Part shown: in pieces, positions 1 through 11,075 of the stretch | Layout: every line of letters starts with the position of its first letter | How positions within the stretch are numbered: the first letter of the stretch is position 1 | DNA from: a virus | Taxonomy: Duplodnaviria; Caudoviricetes | DNA: 64,000 nucleotides | Strand: one strand, 5' to 3' | IMG/VR virus record: IMGVR_UViG_3300025809_001850 | Notes under the pieces: model-generated | Told to the model about the DNA's origin: nothing | Databases searched by the model: none | The model's input: only the letters and a program-made list of their open reading frames with translations | Translations under genes and position numbers: made by a program

Positions 1-2
1 GT

Positions 3-3000
3 GCTCGAGGAGGAATGAGTGGAATTTTTCGTGAATCAATTACACCAGAAAATGCTTTGATTATAGCAGGTGGAGGAGGTGGAGCTGCGAATGTAACTTA
101 TCCTGGTGTTGGAGGTGGAGCAGGTGGTGGAAAAAACGGAGATGCCGGTTCTGTTCTTCCAGGTGATAAAAAAGGAGGTGCAGGAGCAACACAATTGTCT
201 GGTGGTGACGGTCATTTTCTTGGAAGTGACGGTGAAACAAATTCATGGGCAAGTGGTGGTGGAGGAGGAGCAGGTTGGTTTGGTGGCACAGGAGGTCAAA
301 CAACAAGTGCAACATGGACGAACGAATCTTTACTTGAATCTGCACAAGGAACTGGTGGAGGTGGATCGGGACATCTAGATAATGTAATTGTATCAGGATC
401 ATTTTCAACGGGTACAACTGGGAGAAAAGGTGAAACTACAATAATCAAATCTCCAAAACCAAGCATGATAAATTGTGCAGATGATACGGTTGTAACTTGT
501 ACACCTGATTTTATATGCATTGAAGAACCTGGAAATGGTTCTGATATTCCACCGAATTTAGCAGGTATGGCGGGAACATATAAATTAAGAAAACCGGGTA
601 CAGACTCAGTTTTAACGGGTAATTCATATCCAGATAAGTGGATTGGTTACAACAATACGTGGATCAGAACGACCACCTATTTAGGTAATAAAAAACCAAG
701 TTCAAGTTATGGCATTTTGACACGACAGAATGACGCATGGGGAGGTCAATATTGGATATATTATGCAAGTGTGGTTGGATATTTTGATATGCATGGTCAC
801 GCAATAAATCCGGCGCAATATACTGTCCCCGTGGAGACCCGCACCACCCACTTCAATATTCCAAAAATATTTGATTCGGAAAACACTGAAACAACGTGTA
901 TTACGAAAGCAACATCTATATTGTTTGGAAATAATCCATTCCGCGTGGGTTATAACAAAAAAATACCCATCATTGTTACTCCAACTGAATGTCCACCTGT
1001 TGAATGTACATTTGAAATTAGCAACATTACGGATACAGAACCAACAGGAACAGAAAACACAATCGGAACTTTTGATTTAACGATAAATTTAAGTAGTTTG
1101 TATGATTATGGAACCAGTGGTTATGTTCGTGCAATGGAAGCAGAATTTAGTGGAATAGAATTAGCAAAGAATAATGCCATAGTAGCAACAACCTTTGATT
1201 TATATAAAAACGATTCTTCAAAAACAAATGAAGAACAAGAAATGTGGACGGAACTTAGCAATAAAACTCAAACTATTTTATCAAACATTGGTGAAATTAC
1301 TGAATCACGAAACAAAATAATGTTTGCGGATTTATTGCAGAATCAAGGATTTAGATTAGCAGCTTATGTAAACACAACTATTACATTTACAATTTCATAT
1401 ACTCAAAAAACCACCGACTATTTTTATGTAAGTTCTGCGGAATTTTATGATTCGTCAACGGATATAAATCAGTTTCATGGAATAATATGTACACCCAACA
1501 CACCAACTCCGTCACCGACAATTACTCCATCACCTACAGTTTCACCAACGGTAACCGCATCACCAACGGTAACTCCGTCTCCAACTATTTGTTTTGAAGA
1601 TGCGTTTTGTATTGTAGAATCTGCTGATTTATACGGACTTCATGCAAATTACGAATTAGTTGAAGAAGAAAGTGATGAAAATGGTGCGACTTACATAGCA
1701 GTAAATGCAGATATAGCATTTGATGCTGATATTCATGTGCCTATAAAAATTAAACAAATAGGTGGTTACTCTTCGAATGTTTGGCAGATTCAAACAGATG
1801 ATCCTACTAAAGAACCATGGCCAATCAAAAATTTGTTTAAACCTATGTTAAATCAAGACTTGCATTTCTTAGATAAAAACAGAAATCATGTGCATTGTAT
1901 GAGTCAAGTTAGTTACATTGATTTTGCTGATGCAGGTATTACATCACACGGATCAACTAATAATCTAATAAGAACTGGTGTACGAGAATGGGACGCAGAA
2001 TCAACTACCAGTGCATTTACTCGTTATATAATTACACAAAACTTTGAATTGTATGTGGCAGGTACCAGTAACATAGGTTCGGGTCATTATTATAATTCAT
2101 CATATTCATACTCAGATACCAATCCGTATTACTTAAGAGGTTGTAATCCACTTGGAATTGATTATACTGAAATTTCTGAACGACGTTCTGTATTTTTACC
2201 AGATGGTTATTGGCATGAAGGTGTAGTTTACAGAAGTTTTGAACATGATTTTGATTTTTATCAAAAACTTCCGATAGAAAATGTTCAAAAAGTAAGAACC
2301 AGTGATCATAACTTTGGTTTGTTAATTCAAACACAGACAGGTGAAGTTTATGGTACAGGTCACTTCAAAAAGAGTTTAACTGAAAATATTTCACGTATTC
2401 AGGAACTAGATGGAATTGATATTGATGAATTGGTTACGGTGGACACTGTATATTGTGAAAATGATGCAGTTAACTCAGACGAACCAATTTTAAACTTTGC
2501 ATTTGCGTATATTGATAAAGCAGATGAGTCAAAGTTAGTTTATTATGTACCTACATTTACTGAACTTTCATGGAGTGAATTTTTGCAGACAGGTGCTTTT
2601 ACAGACATTCAACTGAATTATCCTTATGTAACTGGTTATACAAAAATCACAACTTCTAATTTAACTAATGTTAAAAGTATTATTCCGTTTAAAGATACTG
2701 GATTTTTCTGTGTACAGACCAACGATGATAAATTATGGACACACGGTGTGGTAAAAGAAATGCAGATTCCAAGTGGTTCTGAAGTAGTTAGTTATCTAGG
2801 AGTGGGTGGTGGCACCCGTGACTACAATGTTTCATTCATTGATTATACGAACGCATTTGATGATCAAAACCAAGTGTTTACAGAAGTTCAAAATATACCA
2901 ACTATATTATATACCACAACAGACGAACACGGATTAAGAAGTCCTGTGTTGTCGTATATGATTCAACTATCCGACAAAAATGTGGATGTTTCACTAAGTG

Positions 3001-5090
3001 AGTTCTTGCCATATTATTTGAGTGATACCACCAATTTGAAATTGATCAAATCGGGAGTGGATTATGATGAAGTTACTGGACACGAAACGACAAAAATGTT
3101 TAGAGTATTATATGCTTCACAAAATTCAAACTGGGAATTAGATACACATCATATGCGAAGTCAGTTTGCAGTTGCATACAACGAAGACAAACTAACATTT
3201 GGTTATTTGACAATAACTGACAAAATAAACTTTAATCATAATCTTGATTCTACATTGTTGGAGAATTTATTCACAGATGCCAATGACGCATATAATGTAA
3301 GCAATCCAACTGAATTTTACAATAAAATAAAAAAGATTACATTTGCAACTTATCCATTTTCAAATGGAGAAAAAATAACAAGACAATCAGATGGTGAACT
3401 TGTGGTTCCTGTGACTCGTACACACAAGCATATTGTGTCGGTATTGTTTAATGAAAATCAATACAACAAACGATTGGCAGTAGATGCGTTGATATCATAT
3501 CATTGGAGTTTTCTTTACTTAGGTAGTTCATATTCATCAGCTGAATTGGAATTACAACAAGAGCAACACAATTATGAAATTTCAATTTATAATTTTAGTC
3601 AAGATTACTTTTATGCAGAAGGAACAGGAAGTTTAGTTGATGATATATCAACATTTGGTTATCAATTAAACACTTCAATTGAAAATAACTATCGATATTA
3701 TGAAGCAGACGGATTCAATGGTGATCACATTCATGATCGTGGTGATATAGTTAAATTTGGTCTTGGAACTGAGATAAGTGTCGTGGATGATTGTACATTC
3801 GAACCACCCACACCAACTCCTTCAAGAACCACTTCATATACTCCAACACCGTCAATAACTCCGTCACCAACTATCACTTGTGGAGAACCGGATTACACTA
3901 ATGTAGAAAATACTTTTGTATGCGTTAATGGGATGACATTACAATTTGTTGGATTTGATAAATTAGAATCACAAGGAGGAAGACCAATTTATGAAACACC
4001 AAGTGGTAATGCTAGAATTTATTGGGGTGGTTACCAAGGATGGATTTTAATAGTATGTAATAATCCTGACGAACCACTTCGGGACGATTGCTACAGTGAA
4101 TGGACTCACTCTATTCCAAATGCGTGTGATTTTTATCCGTGGGAAGCAGATTGGTCCGTAACTCAATATGATACACGCATTCAGCATTTAGTGGATGATA
4201 GAGGGGGTCAAGGTGATAATGATACAAGATATTTTGATTATTGGTACGCAGGAAGTCCAGTTGGTGGAGAAAGTGACTGGTACGGGTCAGTTGATGTCAA
4301 AAATTGTACACCATGTGATGCTTGTTTAATAGAACCAAATCAATATAGTTTGACTGAATTAGGATTACCCGCAGTAAATTCTTTAAGTGCAGAATGGTAT
4401 CGTGATTTTGGTGGATCATTGTGTTACGGATTGATACATTACACACAAAATGAAAACTTTCAAATATTCAAAACATACATTGCTTACATTGAAAATGATG
4501 CATCACCAATCGGAACAATTACAATTACAGGTGAGTTCATCGGTTCTGATTTAATAACTTATCAGTCACCTTTAAATGAATGTTATATTGCAACACCTAC
4601 CATTGAAGGATCACAAAATGTTTATAGATTTATCAAAGAAGAAGCAACACCGACACCATCCGACACAAGTTCACCTACACATACACCGTCTCCTACATTT
4701 ACACCGTCTCCGTCACCTACCATAACACCAAGTCCATCACCGAGTCCGTCTGTAACGCACACACCAAGTCCAACTGAAACACCTGAATCCGAGTTATCTT
4801 GTTGCACAGAAGGTTTGATTGCAAACATAATTTCTAAAAACACAGAAATAGAATTTGGTTCACCGACAATAACTGCAACTGCGTTTACTTTCAATGCGGA
4901 AGTTTGTGTAGATGTGCCTGATGGAGGATTGCCATATAGTGTAAAACTTAAACTGAATAATGCTATCGTTGGAGTGCTAACCACAACTGGAGTTATGACA
5001 GGAACAATTTATGTAAAAAACACAGACACAGAAGTTTGTTACACAGGAACAATTGTAAATGATGAATGTTCACTAACTATTTTACAATAA
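3..5090 (+). CDS. Large modular virion/fibre-like protein, 5'-partial (>1691 aa): Gly-rich domain, cohesin-like domain, RCC1-like propeller, PWxxDW domain, two CC-domains, three PT/PS linkers
   Basis: The frame is open to the window edge (3-14 = A-R-G-G before the ATG at 15, which lies inside a Gly-rich domain: LIIAGGGGGA...GGGGAGWFGG...GGGGSG), so the true start is upstream. RCC1/BLIP-II-like strands at about 2030-2830 (ELYVAGT, IQTQTGEVYGTG, VQTNDDKLWTHG). PT/PS tracts at 1491-1589, 3804-3878 and 4647-4790. Virion role is inferred from context. Confidence 0.8.
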   Translation, partial: ARGGMSGIFRESITPENALIIAGGGGGAANVTYPGVGGGAGGGKNGDAGSVLPGDKKGGAGATQLSGGDGHFLGSDGETNSWASGGGGGAGWFGGTGGQTTSATWTNESLLESAQGTGGGGSGHLDNVIVSGSFSTGTTGRKGETTIIKSPKPSMINCADDTVVTCTPDFICIEEPGNGSDIPPNLAGMAGTYKLRKPGTDSVLTGNSYPDKWIGYNNTWIRTTTYLGNKKPSSSYGILTRQNDAWGGQYWIYYASVVGYFDMHGHAINPAQYTVPVETRTTHFNIPKIFDSENTETTCITKATSILFGNNPFRVGYNKKIPIIVTPTECPPVECTFEISNITDTEPTGTENTIGTFDLTINLSSLYDYGTSGYVRAMEAEFSGIELAKNNAIVATTFDLYKNDSSKTNEEQEMWTELSNKTQTILSNIGEITESRNKIMFADLLQNQGFRLAAYVNTTITFTISYTQKTTDYFYVSSAEFYDSSTDINQFHGIICTPNTPTPSPTITPSPTVSPTVTASPTVTPSPTICFEDAFCIVESADLYGLHANYELVEEESDENGATYIAVNADIAFDADIHVPIKIKQIGGYSSNVWQIQTDDPTKEPWPIKNLFKPMLNQDLHFLDKNRNHVHCMSQVSYIDFADAGITSHGSTNNLIRTGVREWDAESTTSAFTRYIITQNFELYVAGTSNIGSGHYYNSSYSYSDTNPYYLRGCNPLGIDYTEISERRSVFLPDGYWHEGVVYRSFEHDFDFYQKLPIENVQKVRTSDHNFGLLIQTQTGEVYGTGHFKKSLTENISRIQELDGIDIDELVTVDTVYCENDAVNSDEPILNFAFAYIDKADESKLVYYVPTFTELSWSEFLQTGAFTDIQLNYPYVTGYTKITTSNLTNVKSIIPFKDTGFFCVQTNDDKLWTHGVVKEMQIPSGSEVVSYLGVGGGTRDYNVSFIDYTNAFDDQNQVFTEVQNIPTILYTTTDEHGLRSPVLSYMIQLSDKNVDVSLSEFLPYYLSDTTNLKLIKSGVDYDEVTGHETTKMFRVLYASQNSNWELDTHHMRSQFAVAYNEDKLTFGYLTITDKINFNHNLDSTLLENLFTDANDAYNVSNPTEFYNKIKKITFATYPFSNGEKITRQSDGELVVPVTRTHKHIVSVLFNENQYNKRLAVDALISYHWSFLYLGSSYSSAELELQQEQHNYEISIYNFSQDYFYAEGTGSLVDDISTFGYQLNTSIENNYRYYEADGFNGDHIHDRGDIVKFGLGTEISVVDDCTFEPPTPTPSRTTSYTPTPSITPSPTITCGEPDYTNVENTFVCVNGMTLQFVGFDKLESQGGRPIYETPSGNARIYWGGYQGWILIVCNNPDEPLRDDCYSEWTHSIPNACDFYPWEADWSVTQYDTRIQHLVDDRGGQGDNDTRYFDYWYAGSPVGGESDWYGSVDVKNCTPCDACLIEPNQYSLTELGLPAVNSLSAEWYRDFGGSLCYGLIHYTQNENFQIFKTYIAYIENDASPIGTITITGEFIGSDLITYQSPLNECYIATPTIEGSQNVYRFIKEEATPTPSDTSSPTHTPSPTFTPSPSPTITPSPSPSPSVTHTPSPTETPESELSCCTEGLIANIISKNTEIEFGSPTITATAFTFNAEVCVDVPDGGLPYSVKLKLNNAIVGVLTTTGVMTGTIYVKNTDTEVCYTGTIVNDECSLTILQ

Positions 5091-5105
5091 CTTTAAATAA
5101 CCTAA

Positions 5106-5113
5106 TATTTATA
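5106..5113 (+). promoter_or_regulatory. TATTTATA putative phage promoter element
   Basis: Recurrent intergenic motif; here 16 nt before the ATG at 5130. Confidence 0.5.
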
Positions 5114-5129
5114 TACTAACGAATTTCAA

Positions 5130-8100
5130 ATGGCAGACTTAACACAAATCAATGGAAATCAACGAATCGTCATGGGATGGTACGGTTCATGCGATGATGC
5201 AGGATGTGAAGATTTCCCACTCAAAACACAAGAAGTGTCGGATGCAATTGATAGTGTTTATGAAATTCATACAGATTCAACCCGAGCAGTTGCATTTCAT
5301 TCTTACATTTATGAAACGATGCCCAATCAAACTCAATCGTTGGAATCGTTAAAATGTGGTCATTCTTATTACATTGCATTGAAATCTGGAAACGAAACTT
5401 TAACAATTGAAGAATTTGTTCTCGCAGATGAAAGCACAACGCAAGAACGATATGTAACAACTGATGACCAATGTGGTGATGGAGGTGATGGTGGAGGTGG
5501 AGGTGGAGAATGTCCTGAGTGTCCTGATTGCCCATCAGTTGATCCAATAATTTTACCTACAACTGGAACAATTGCGTGTTGGAGTAATTTAAATTTTGCG
5601 TTAAACGGATCAGATGCAAATTCATTTCCTAAATACAAAGCAACTACTGAATTGGGTCATGTTATTGAAATTTATCATGATTCTGATAATAAAAGATGGA
5701 TAATCAGAGGTCATGCGGTTACACACGGAGCTCCCACATCAACTCCAATTGGATTAGCAGCCTTTTCAAAACCTTCACCCTGTGCATTTTTTCCGTGGCA
5801 AGTAGATTGGGATGTAGATAAAAATTCCGAAGACGCATCTGCTTGGTTACAATCAATAAAAACAGAGTATCAATATTCAAATATATGGTGGGCAATGTCT
5901 ACTGATTTTCCGCAGGGAGGTGATGTAACTACAATCACAAACTGCACACCACTTACGGCAGAATGTCCTCCTTGTGTTAAAGATGCAACTATTGCTTTTA
6001 GTGCGAATCCTACCATAAGAAATCAAGATTCAGTTCCGTTAGGTTTTACATTTTCAGTTGATACATCAAGTTTAGCAAGTGAGTGTTCTTCAAACGAATG
6101 GAAATATTCTTTGTCTATAAAAGATGGAGAAACTTTAAAAACATCACAACAAATTTCAACTGATACAACTTTGATAAATGATTTGGTACCGGGTGGTGGA
6201 ACTTACATAATAAAAATATGGGGTGTAACTGAGTCCGGAACATTAATTACACCTGAACCTCATGTAGAAGCAGAATTGATAATGCCTTGGCCAGCAGCCA
6301 ATTATGAAGTACAAGATGATATTGATATTACTTACTTGGAATTTGAAGGACCCAACGATGATTCAGTTACTTTGTCGGATCCAGAAGGATGGGTTGCATC
6401 TGCGACAATTAAAAAATCAAGTACAATAACAAACGCAGAAAAATGGAAATATAGTTTAGACAATTCAACTTGGAATGAATTGACTGCATTAACAGAGACT
6501 ACTATTTCAACAACTGCAACTTTGTATTTCCGTTTAAAAGTCGGACATCTCGGTGGAAATGACGATACAGATTTAACTACCTTGAATAAATCTTACAATT
6601 CAGAAGTTACAATTGCTTACACAGAAAATAACGGAACACCACGTGAATTATCGTTGCCATTAAAAGGTAAAGTTTTAAATAGAATCATCGGAATAACTTC
6701 TTGGGTGAACAACAATAATACAGATTTTAAAGCAACTTTAACAATCAGCAAAAATCAGTTGACTCGTTGGCAATATCAGTTGGAAAAACTAAACGATGAC
6801 GAAGCATCATATGGTACTCCTAAAATTTTGACTGCATATGGAGCAATTCAATCTGATACTTCAGAGGTAATTGATCTTCAAACTTACATAGAATCATCAA
6901 CTGCTGATATGGGTCCTGGATACTACAAAATAAGTGTAAGGGGTGTTCATAATACAGATAATAATATTGTAGTAACTCCGGAAATATCAGTACACGACTT
7001 TTTTAATTATCCTGATGTAATATTTGATATAAACGATATTTCATGGCCAAACTCTAATAGTGAACCAGTGCAGCTGCAGGTTGAATATCGTGAATATGAA
7101 GGTCCTACTGAAATGGCACAATTCAAAATCACAAATGACAAGTATTTTGATCATTGGACATTTGCGTATAATACCGAGTCTTCATCCTTCCCTCCTTCCG
7201 ATATAACACCCAACACAGATTACAATTATCAACTTGATGACGAATCTATTATATCGTCATTGCCCACAACGCACACAAATATAGCAAAAAAAGCACTAGG
7301 TATCCAATTGATTTCAAAAAACGCATCAGATACACCAACCGTTTACGAGCTCGGTGACATCCAATCCCGGGAAGATCCTCTCAGAAGAGACTACTATGCA
7401 TGGGTCCACATCCACATATACGGTAAAAACGCAATTTCAACACTTGCAGAACCTGCGAATCCAGTGTACTACAGTGCCGAGGTGACAACTTGGGTTTTAG
7501 AACGTTATATAACATCTTTCTCTCCAGACCAACGAGAATCTCCTTACCACAACAAAATTACGTTAGATCTACAGTGTAACTTCAATGAAATTAATCGTGC
7601 TCAGATAATATGGACAAAAAATACAACTGAGTTAACCGACACAGGAATTACACAACTACCAAATTATAATCATTTTATAACACCTGACTACACAATTGAT
7701 TTGAATGACGTTCCAAGTAATTATCTTACAGATAACAACGATTTCAATATTTCAGTTATTGGTCATTCAACAACAGATACCGATGTCATTCACGAAGCCG
7801 GATGGATCGCAGGACAAGTTGCACCTGCACTGGAACACACTTTTACGGTATCATGGCCAACTACAATATTTACGGTGTCGGAAACAATTTCCGATACTTA
7901 TATTTGGCAAGGTGTTACTGCAACACCAGCAACAAACGGAACATTAGCATCAATCACAAAAGGTTGGGTTAAAACAATAACATTAAATAATCCCACAGGA
8001 ACCGATGTTGGCAATTGGCAATATTCAATAAACAACGGAGAAAATTGGAGTAATTTGACAGGTGTGAACGTGGAAGTTCCTGATCATACATCAGAAGGAC

Positions 8101-8987
8101 CAAAACTTAAATTTAGATTAAAGGCAAATCTAGAAGTGAATACATACAATGATGTAACAGTTGATTTGGTTGCACATGATGTTCAAAGTGCCAATACGAC
8201 AAAAACAATCAATTTAAATGGTTCAGTAACAAAACCAACTCCAATTTTCACAATATCACCTACATCTATTTCAGGTGAATATCGTGAAACAGAAGGACCA
8301 AGTGCAGAAAAAACAATTACGATTACAACGAAGTTCTTAAGTTCATTGAAGTGGAAATCATCCGGAGAAATTTCTTGGGAATATTTTGATACAACTTGGA
8401 AAGATTTACCAACGAATTATGTCACGATACTGAATAAACCACTTCAAGCAGGTCAAACACATTCTACACAAGAATCGTTGACGATTAAAGTTCGTTTAAA
8501 AGCAGGACTTGAAGTGCCTAATGCAGATGATATGGATACGCAAATAGAATCTGCAAATTTCAATAATGTAATCACCTTTGAAGCAATTTCATCACACGAT
8601 GTTGATGTTACTGCCGGAAAGCAAGTTGCATTAAACGGAACGGTAACCGAGTATCCAAATGGTTGTGCTGACTATGATTTGTCGTTCGATACAACAGGTA
8701 ATAAAGTTGTGTATGAAGGTGATGGGGTAACTATTATTGGTTTTGAGAACGGAGGCCACATTTGCGTTGATAATTTTGGAGGTGAATTTGGAACTAAGAG
8801 TATATCACTTGAAGTGCGTGATTCCTCAAATAATGTGATCACAACAGGAAGTGTCACTACAAATTGGAGTTGGGGTTCTGGAAATAATGTTGTGTATAAA
8901 GCACCGGATCAACAAGCATACCAAGTATTGGGATTTTCATTTAGTCAGGATGGAAATATAATTTTAACACCAATGGATTTAGGCTAA
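5130..8987 (+). CDS. Large modular fibre/adhesin-like protein (1285 aa): shared WYGxC N-terminal domain, PWxxDW domain, tandem Ig-like repeats, C-terminal CC-like domain
   Basis: Long ORF. N-terminus GWYGSC...[12 protein letters not shown] is shared with the next two genes. Repeated beta-sandwich units (Y.E.EGP...W.YS...RLK.GL.V...L.G.V) at about 6303-6674, 7869-8228 and 8247-8645. Confidence 0.8.
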   Translation: MADLTQINGNQRIVMGWYGSCDDAGCEDFPLKTQEVSDAIDSVYEIHTDSTRAVAFHSYIYETMPNQTQSLESLKCGHSYYIALKSGNETLTIEEFVLADESTTQERYVTTDDQCGDGGDGGGGGGECPECPDCPSVDPIILPTTGTIACWSNLNFALNGSDANSFPKYKATTELGHVIEIYHDSDNKRWIIRGHAVTHGAPTSTPIGLAAFSKPSPCAFFPWQVDWDVDKNSEDASAWLQSIKTEYQYSNIWWAMSTDFPQGGDVTTITNCTPLTAECPPCVKDATIAFSANPTIRNQDSVPLGFTFSVDTSSLASECSSNEWKYSLSIKDGETLKTSQQISTDTTLINDLVPGGGTYIIKIWGVTESGTLITPEPHVEAELIMPWPAANYEVQDDIDITYLEFEGPNDDSVTLSDPEGWVASATIKKSSTITNAEKWKYSLDNSTWNELTALTETTISTTATLYFRLKVGHLGGNDDTDLTTLNKSYNSEVTIAYTENNGTPRELSLPLKGKVLNRIIGITSWVNNNNTDFKATLTISKNQLTRWQYQLEKLNDDEASYGTPKILTAYGAIQSDTSEVIDLQTYIESSTADMGPGYYKISVRGVHNTDNNIVVTPEISVHDFFNYPDVIFDINDISWPNSNSEPVQLQVEYREYEGPTEMAQFKITNDKYFDHWTFAYNTESSSFPPSDITPNTDYNYQLDDESIISSLPTTHTNIAKKALGIQLISKNASDTPTVYELGDIQSREDPLRRDYYAWVHIHIYGKNAISTLAEPANPVYYSAEVTTWVLERYITSFSPDQRESPYHNKITLDLQCNFNEINRAQIIWTKNTTELTDTGITQLPNYNHFITPDYTIDLNDVPSNYLTDNNDFNISVIGHSTTDTDVIHEAGWIAGQVAPALEHTFTVSWPTTIFTVSETISDTYIWQGVTATPATNGTLASITKGWVKTITLNNPTGTDVGNWQYSINNGENWSNLTGVNVEVPDHTSEGPKLKFRLKANLEVNTYNDVTVDLVAHDVQSANTTKTINLNGSVTKPTPIFTISPTSISGEYRETEGPSAEKTITITTKFLSSLKWKSSGEISWEYFDTTWKDLPTNYVTILNKPLQAGQTHSTQESLTIKVRLKAGLEVPNADDMDTQIESANFNNVITFEAISSHDVDVTAGKQVALNGTVTEYPNGCADYDLSFDTTGNKVVYEGDGVTIIGFENGGHICVDNFGGEFGTKSISLEVRDSSNNVITTGSVTTNWSWGSGNNVVYKAPDQQAYQVLGFSFSQDGNIILTPMDLG

Positions 8988-8988
8988 G

Positions 8989-11034
8989 ATGGCAACATTA
9001 AAACAAAAAATGTTTGTACCAAAAACCTATATAGGTTGGTATGGGGTATGTCCTGAGAACGGAGAAAATGCGTGTGAACCATTTAAATTAATAAGTGATA
9101 CAAACGAACATACAATTTTACCTGGATCACCTACAACAGGTGATATCGGCACAAGTCAATTAATTGATTTAATAATTTCATATGAAAATGTGGCCGGAAG
9201 TGCATACAACGGAAAGGTAAACAAAGGAATTTCGCAAGGAAATCAAGGAATTAAAGAACTTATATGTGGAAATGCTTATATAATAGTTTTAAAACCTGGA
9301 ACTGATGCTGAAAATCTTCTTGAATTTACAATTCCGGAATTCGTTATTGGTAATATTGAAAGTGACGAAAAAGAATCGGAAGAATATATTCTTACCACAG
9401 GATGTGGAACTGGAGGAGTTGACGAAAGAACTCCAACTCCATCACCATCAATTACGACAAGTCCAACAGAAACTCCGAGTCCGTCTCCAAGTCCGTCCGC
9501 AACCGAAACTCCGAGTCCTTCACCAAGTCCTTCACCGAGTATCACACCAAGTCCGACAATTACGACAAGTCCGTCACCAAGTCCAACAATTACTTCAGAC
9601 TTACTTGAAGAATGTTGTGAAGAAAATATGTTGACACATGGTTTGAGTGCATCTCAGATAACATCATTCGGTGAACCAACAATAACCGCAACTGGTGTAA
9701 CACAAAACGCAACAATTTGCGTTGGAACACCAAGTGGTGAACTTCCGTATACTTTAAAATTAATAATTGATAATCAGATCGTTGCAGTTTTAACAACAAC
9801 AGGTACATTTGATAAAACCACAATTTATTACAAAACATCTGAAGGTGAGTGTTTGATTGGAAGTATCGTAGATGATGAATGTGTATTGTCAACCGGATCA
9901 TCGTTAAATTTTAGTATAGAAGGTTCAGATATTCATGGATTTGAAATTAAAGCAATATTAACTAATGATTCATATTTACAAACCGAAGGTACTGATTGGG
10001 TTGCAACTACAATGGGAAATGAGTTGGTGATTTCTGTGGAAGATACAAAATATTTATCAGATAGCATTGCATCTTTACAATTCTTTGAATTAAGCACGAT
10101 ACCTAATGTTTCATACGATAAAAGTAGTTGTACAATTATAGACGAAGAATTAACTTTTATTTATCCAATTATTTCGGAAAAGTTAAATGGTGGCACTTTA
10201 TTAAAGTGTATTGCTTCTAATTTATCATCGTTATATTCACAATTTACTGATGACAACACATTTAATACTTTTGTTGATACAGAGAACTTTAGTGTTGATA
10301 ACATAATTAAAAAATCGGAAAATGATGAATTTGCGAAAAACGATCAAGTCAATGACAAGGTAAGTAAAAAATTGACTGTTCTGTTGGAATCGGTGAAGTT
10401 GCAAAAAAATTATTCATCAAGTAAATCCACAAAAATAATTGACACAATTACGGACATAAAAAAATCCCAAAAGGCATTTGATGTATCTCAACTCAAACTT
10501 ATCGAGAACGATAATTTTGCAAATAGTGTAAATTACTTGCTTACGGAAATTAGCAAAGATAACACATTAGAAGGTGGTGCTTTCATGAGTTCACTCCGGG
10601 AACATTTAAATTTACCATTTCAAGCAATTAACAATATGTCAAATAAGGCAAAAGAAAAATTGCTTGAAAAACTGAAAAATCATTCACACAAAAAAGATGT
10701 TTGTGATTTACAACCACCTTCTTGTTGTGAAGATGATATGAGCATGAACACTGTTATCAACGACACATCGGTTCAATTAATAGAATTTGAAAATAATGCC
10801 AATGTAACGATTTCAGGAATTTCAGATTCAGCAAAAAATTCGGAAATCTGTTTTAGTGAACCGGATACAACAGAAAAAAGTCTTCCGTTCTCGGTAATAA
10901 TCAAGAAAGACAATGCAATTTTAATGGTGCTGACAAGTGTCGGAGAATTAACAAGAAATAAAATCTATTACAGAACAAACAATATATGTTATAGTGGCAT
11001 TATTGATGGAAATAATGAATGTAATTTGCAATAA
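8989..11034 (+). CDS. Modular virion-associated protein (681 aa): WYGxC N-terminal domain, PS/PT linker, two CC-domains
   Basis: Starts 1 nt after the previous stop. GWYGVC...[12 protein letters not shown]; SPSP/PT linker at 9430-9597; CC-domains at 9613-9894 and 10723-11031. Confidence 0.8.
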   Translation: MATLKQKMFVPKTYIGWYGVCPENGENACEPFKLISDTNEHTILPGSPTTGDIGTSQLIDLIISYENVAGSAYNGKVNKGISQGNQGIKELICGNAYIIVLKPGTDAENLLEFTIPEFVIGNIESDEKESEEYILTTGCGTGGVDERTPTPSPSITTSPTETPSPSPSPSATETPSPSPSPSPSITPSPTITTSPSPSPTITSDLLEECCEENMLTHGLSASQITSFGEPTITATGVTQNATICVGTPSGELPYTLKLIIDNQIVAVLTTTGTFDKTTIYYKTSEGECLIGSIVDDECVLSTGSSLNFSIEGSDIHGFEIKAILTNDSYLQTEGTDWVATTMGNELVISVEDTKYLSDSIASLQFFELSTIPNVSYDKSSCTIIDEELTFIYPIISEKLNGGTLLKCIASNLSSLYSQFTDDNTFNTFVDTENFSVDNIIKKSENDEFAKNDQVNDKVSKKLTVLLESVKLQKNYSSSKSTKIIDTITDIKKSQKAFDVSQLKLIENDNFANSVNYLLTEISKDNTLEGGAFMSSLREHLNLPFQAINNMSNKAKEKLLEKLKNHSHKKDVCDLQPPSCCEDDMSMNTVINDTSVQLIEFENNANVTISGISDSAKNSEICFSEPDTTEKSLPFSVIIKKDNAILMVLTSVGELTRNKIYYRTNNICYSGIIDGNNECNLQ

Positions 11035-11039
11035 GTATA

Positions 11040-11046
11040 TATTTAT
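11040..11046 (+). promoter_or_regulatory. TATTTAT putative promoter element followed by an AGGAG SD
   Basis: In the 41-nt gap before the gene at 11076. Confidence 0.45.
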
Positions 11047-11075
11047 GAATATTGAAGTAATCAGGAGAATTAAAA

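Noticed and set aside
15-17. ATG 15 as the true start of ORF1
   Set aside because: The frame is open upstream to the window edge, and the ATG falls inside a Gly-rich domain.
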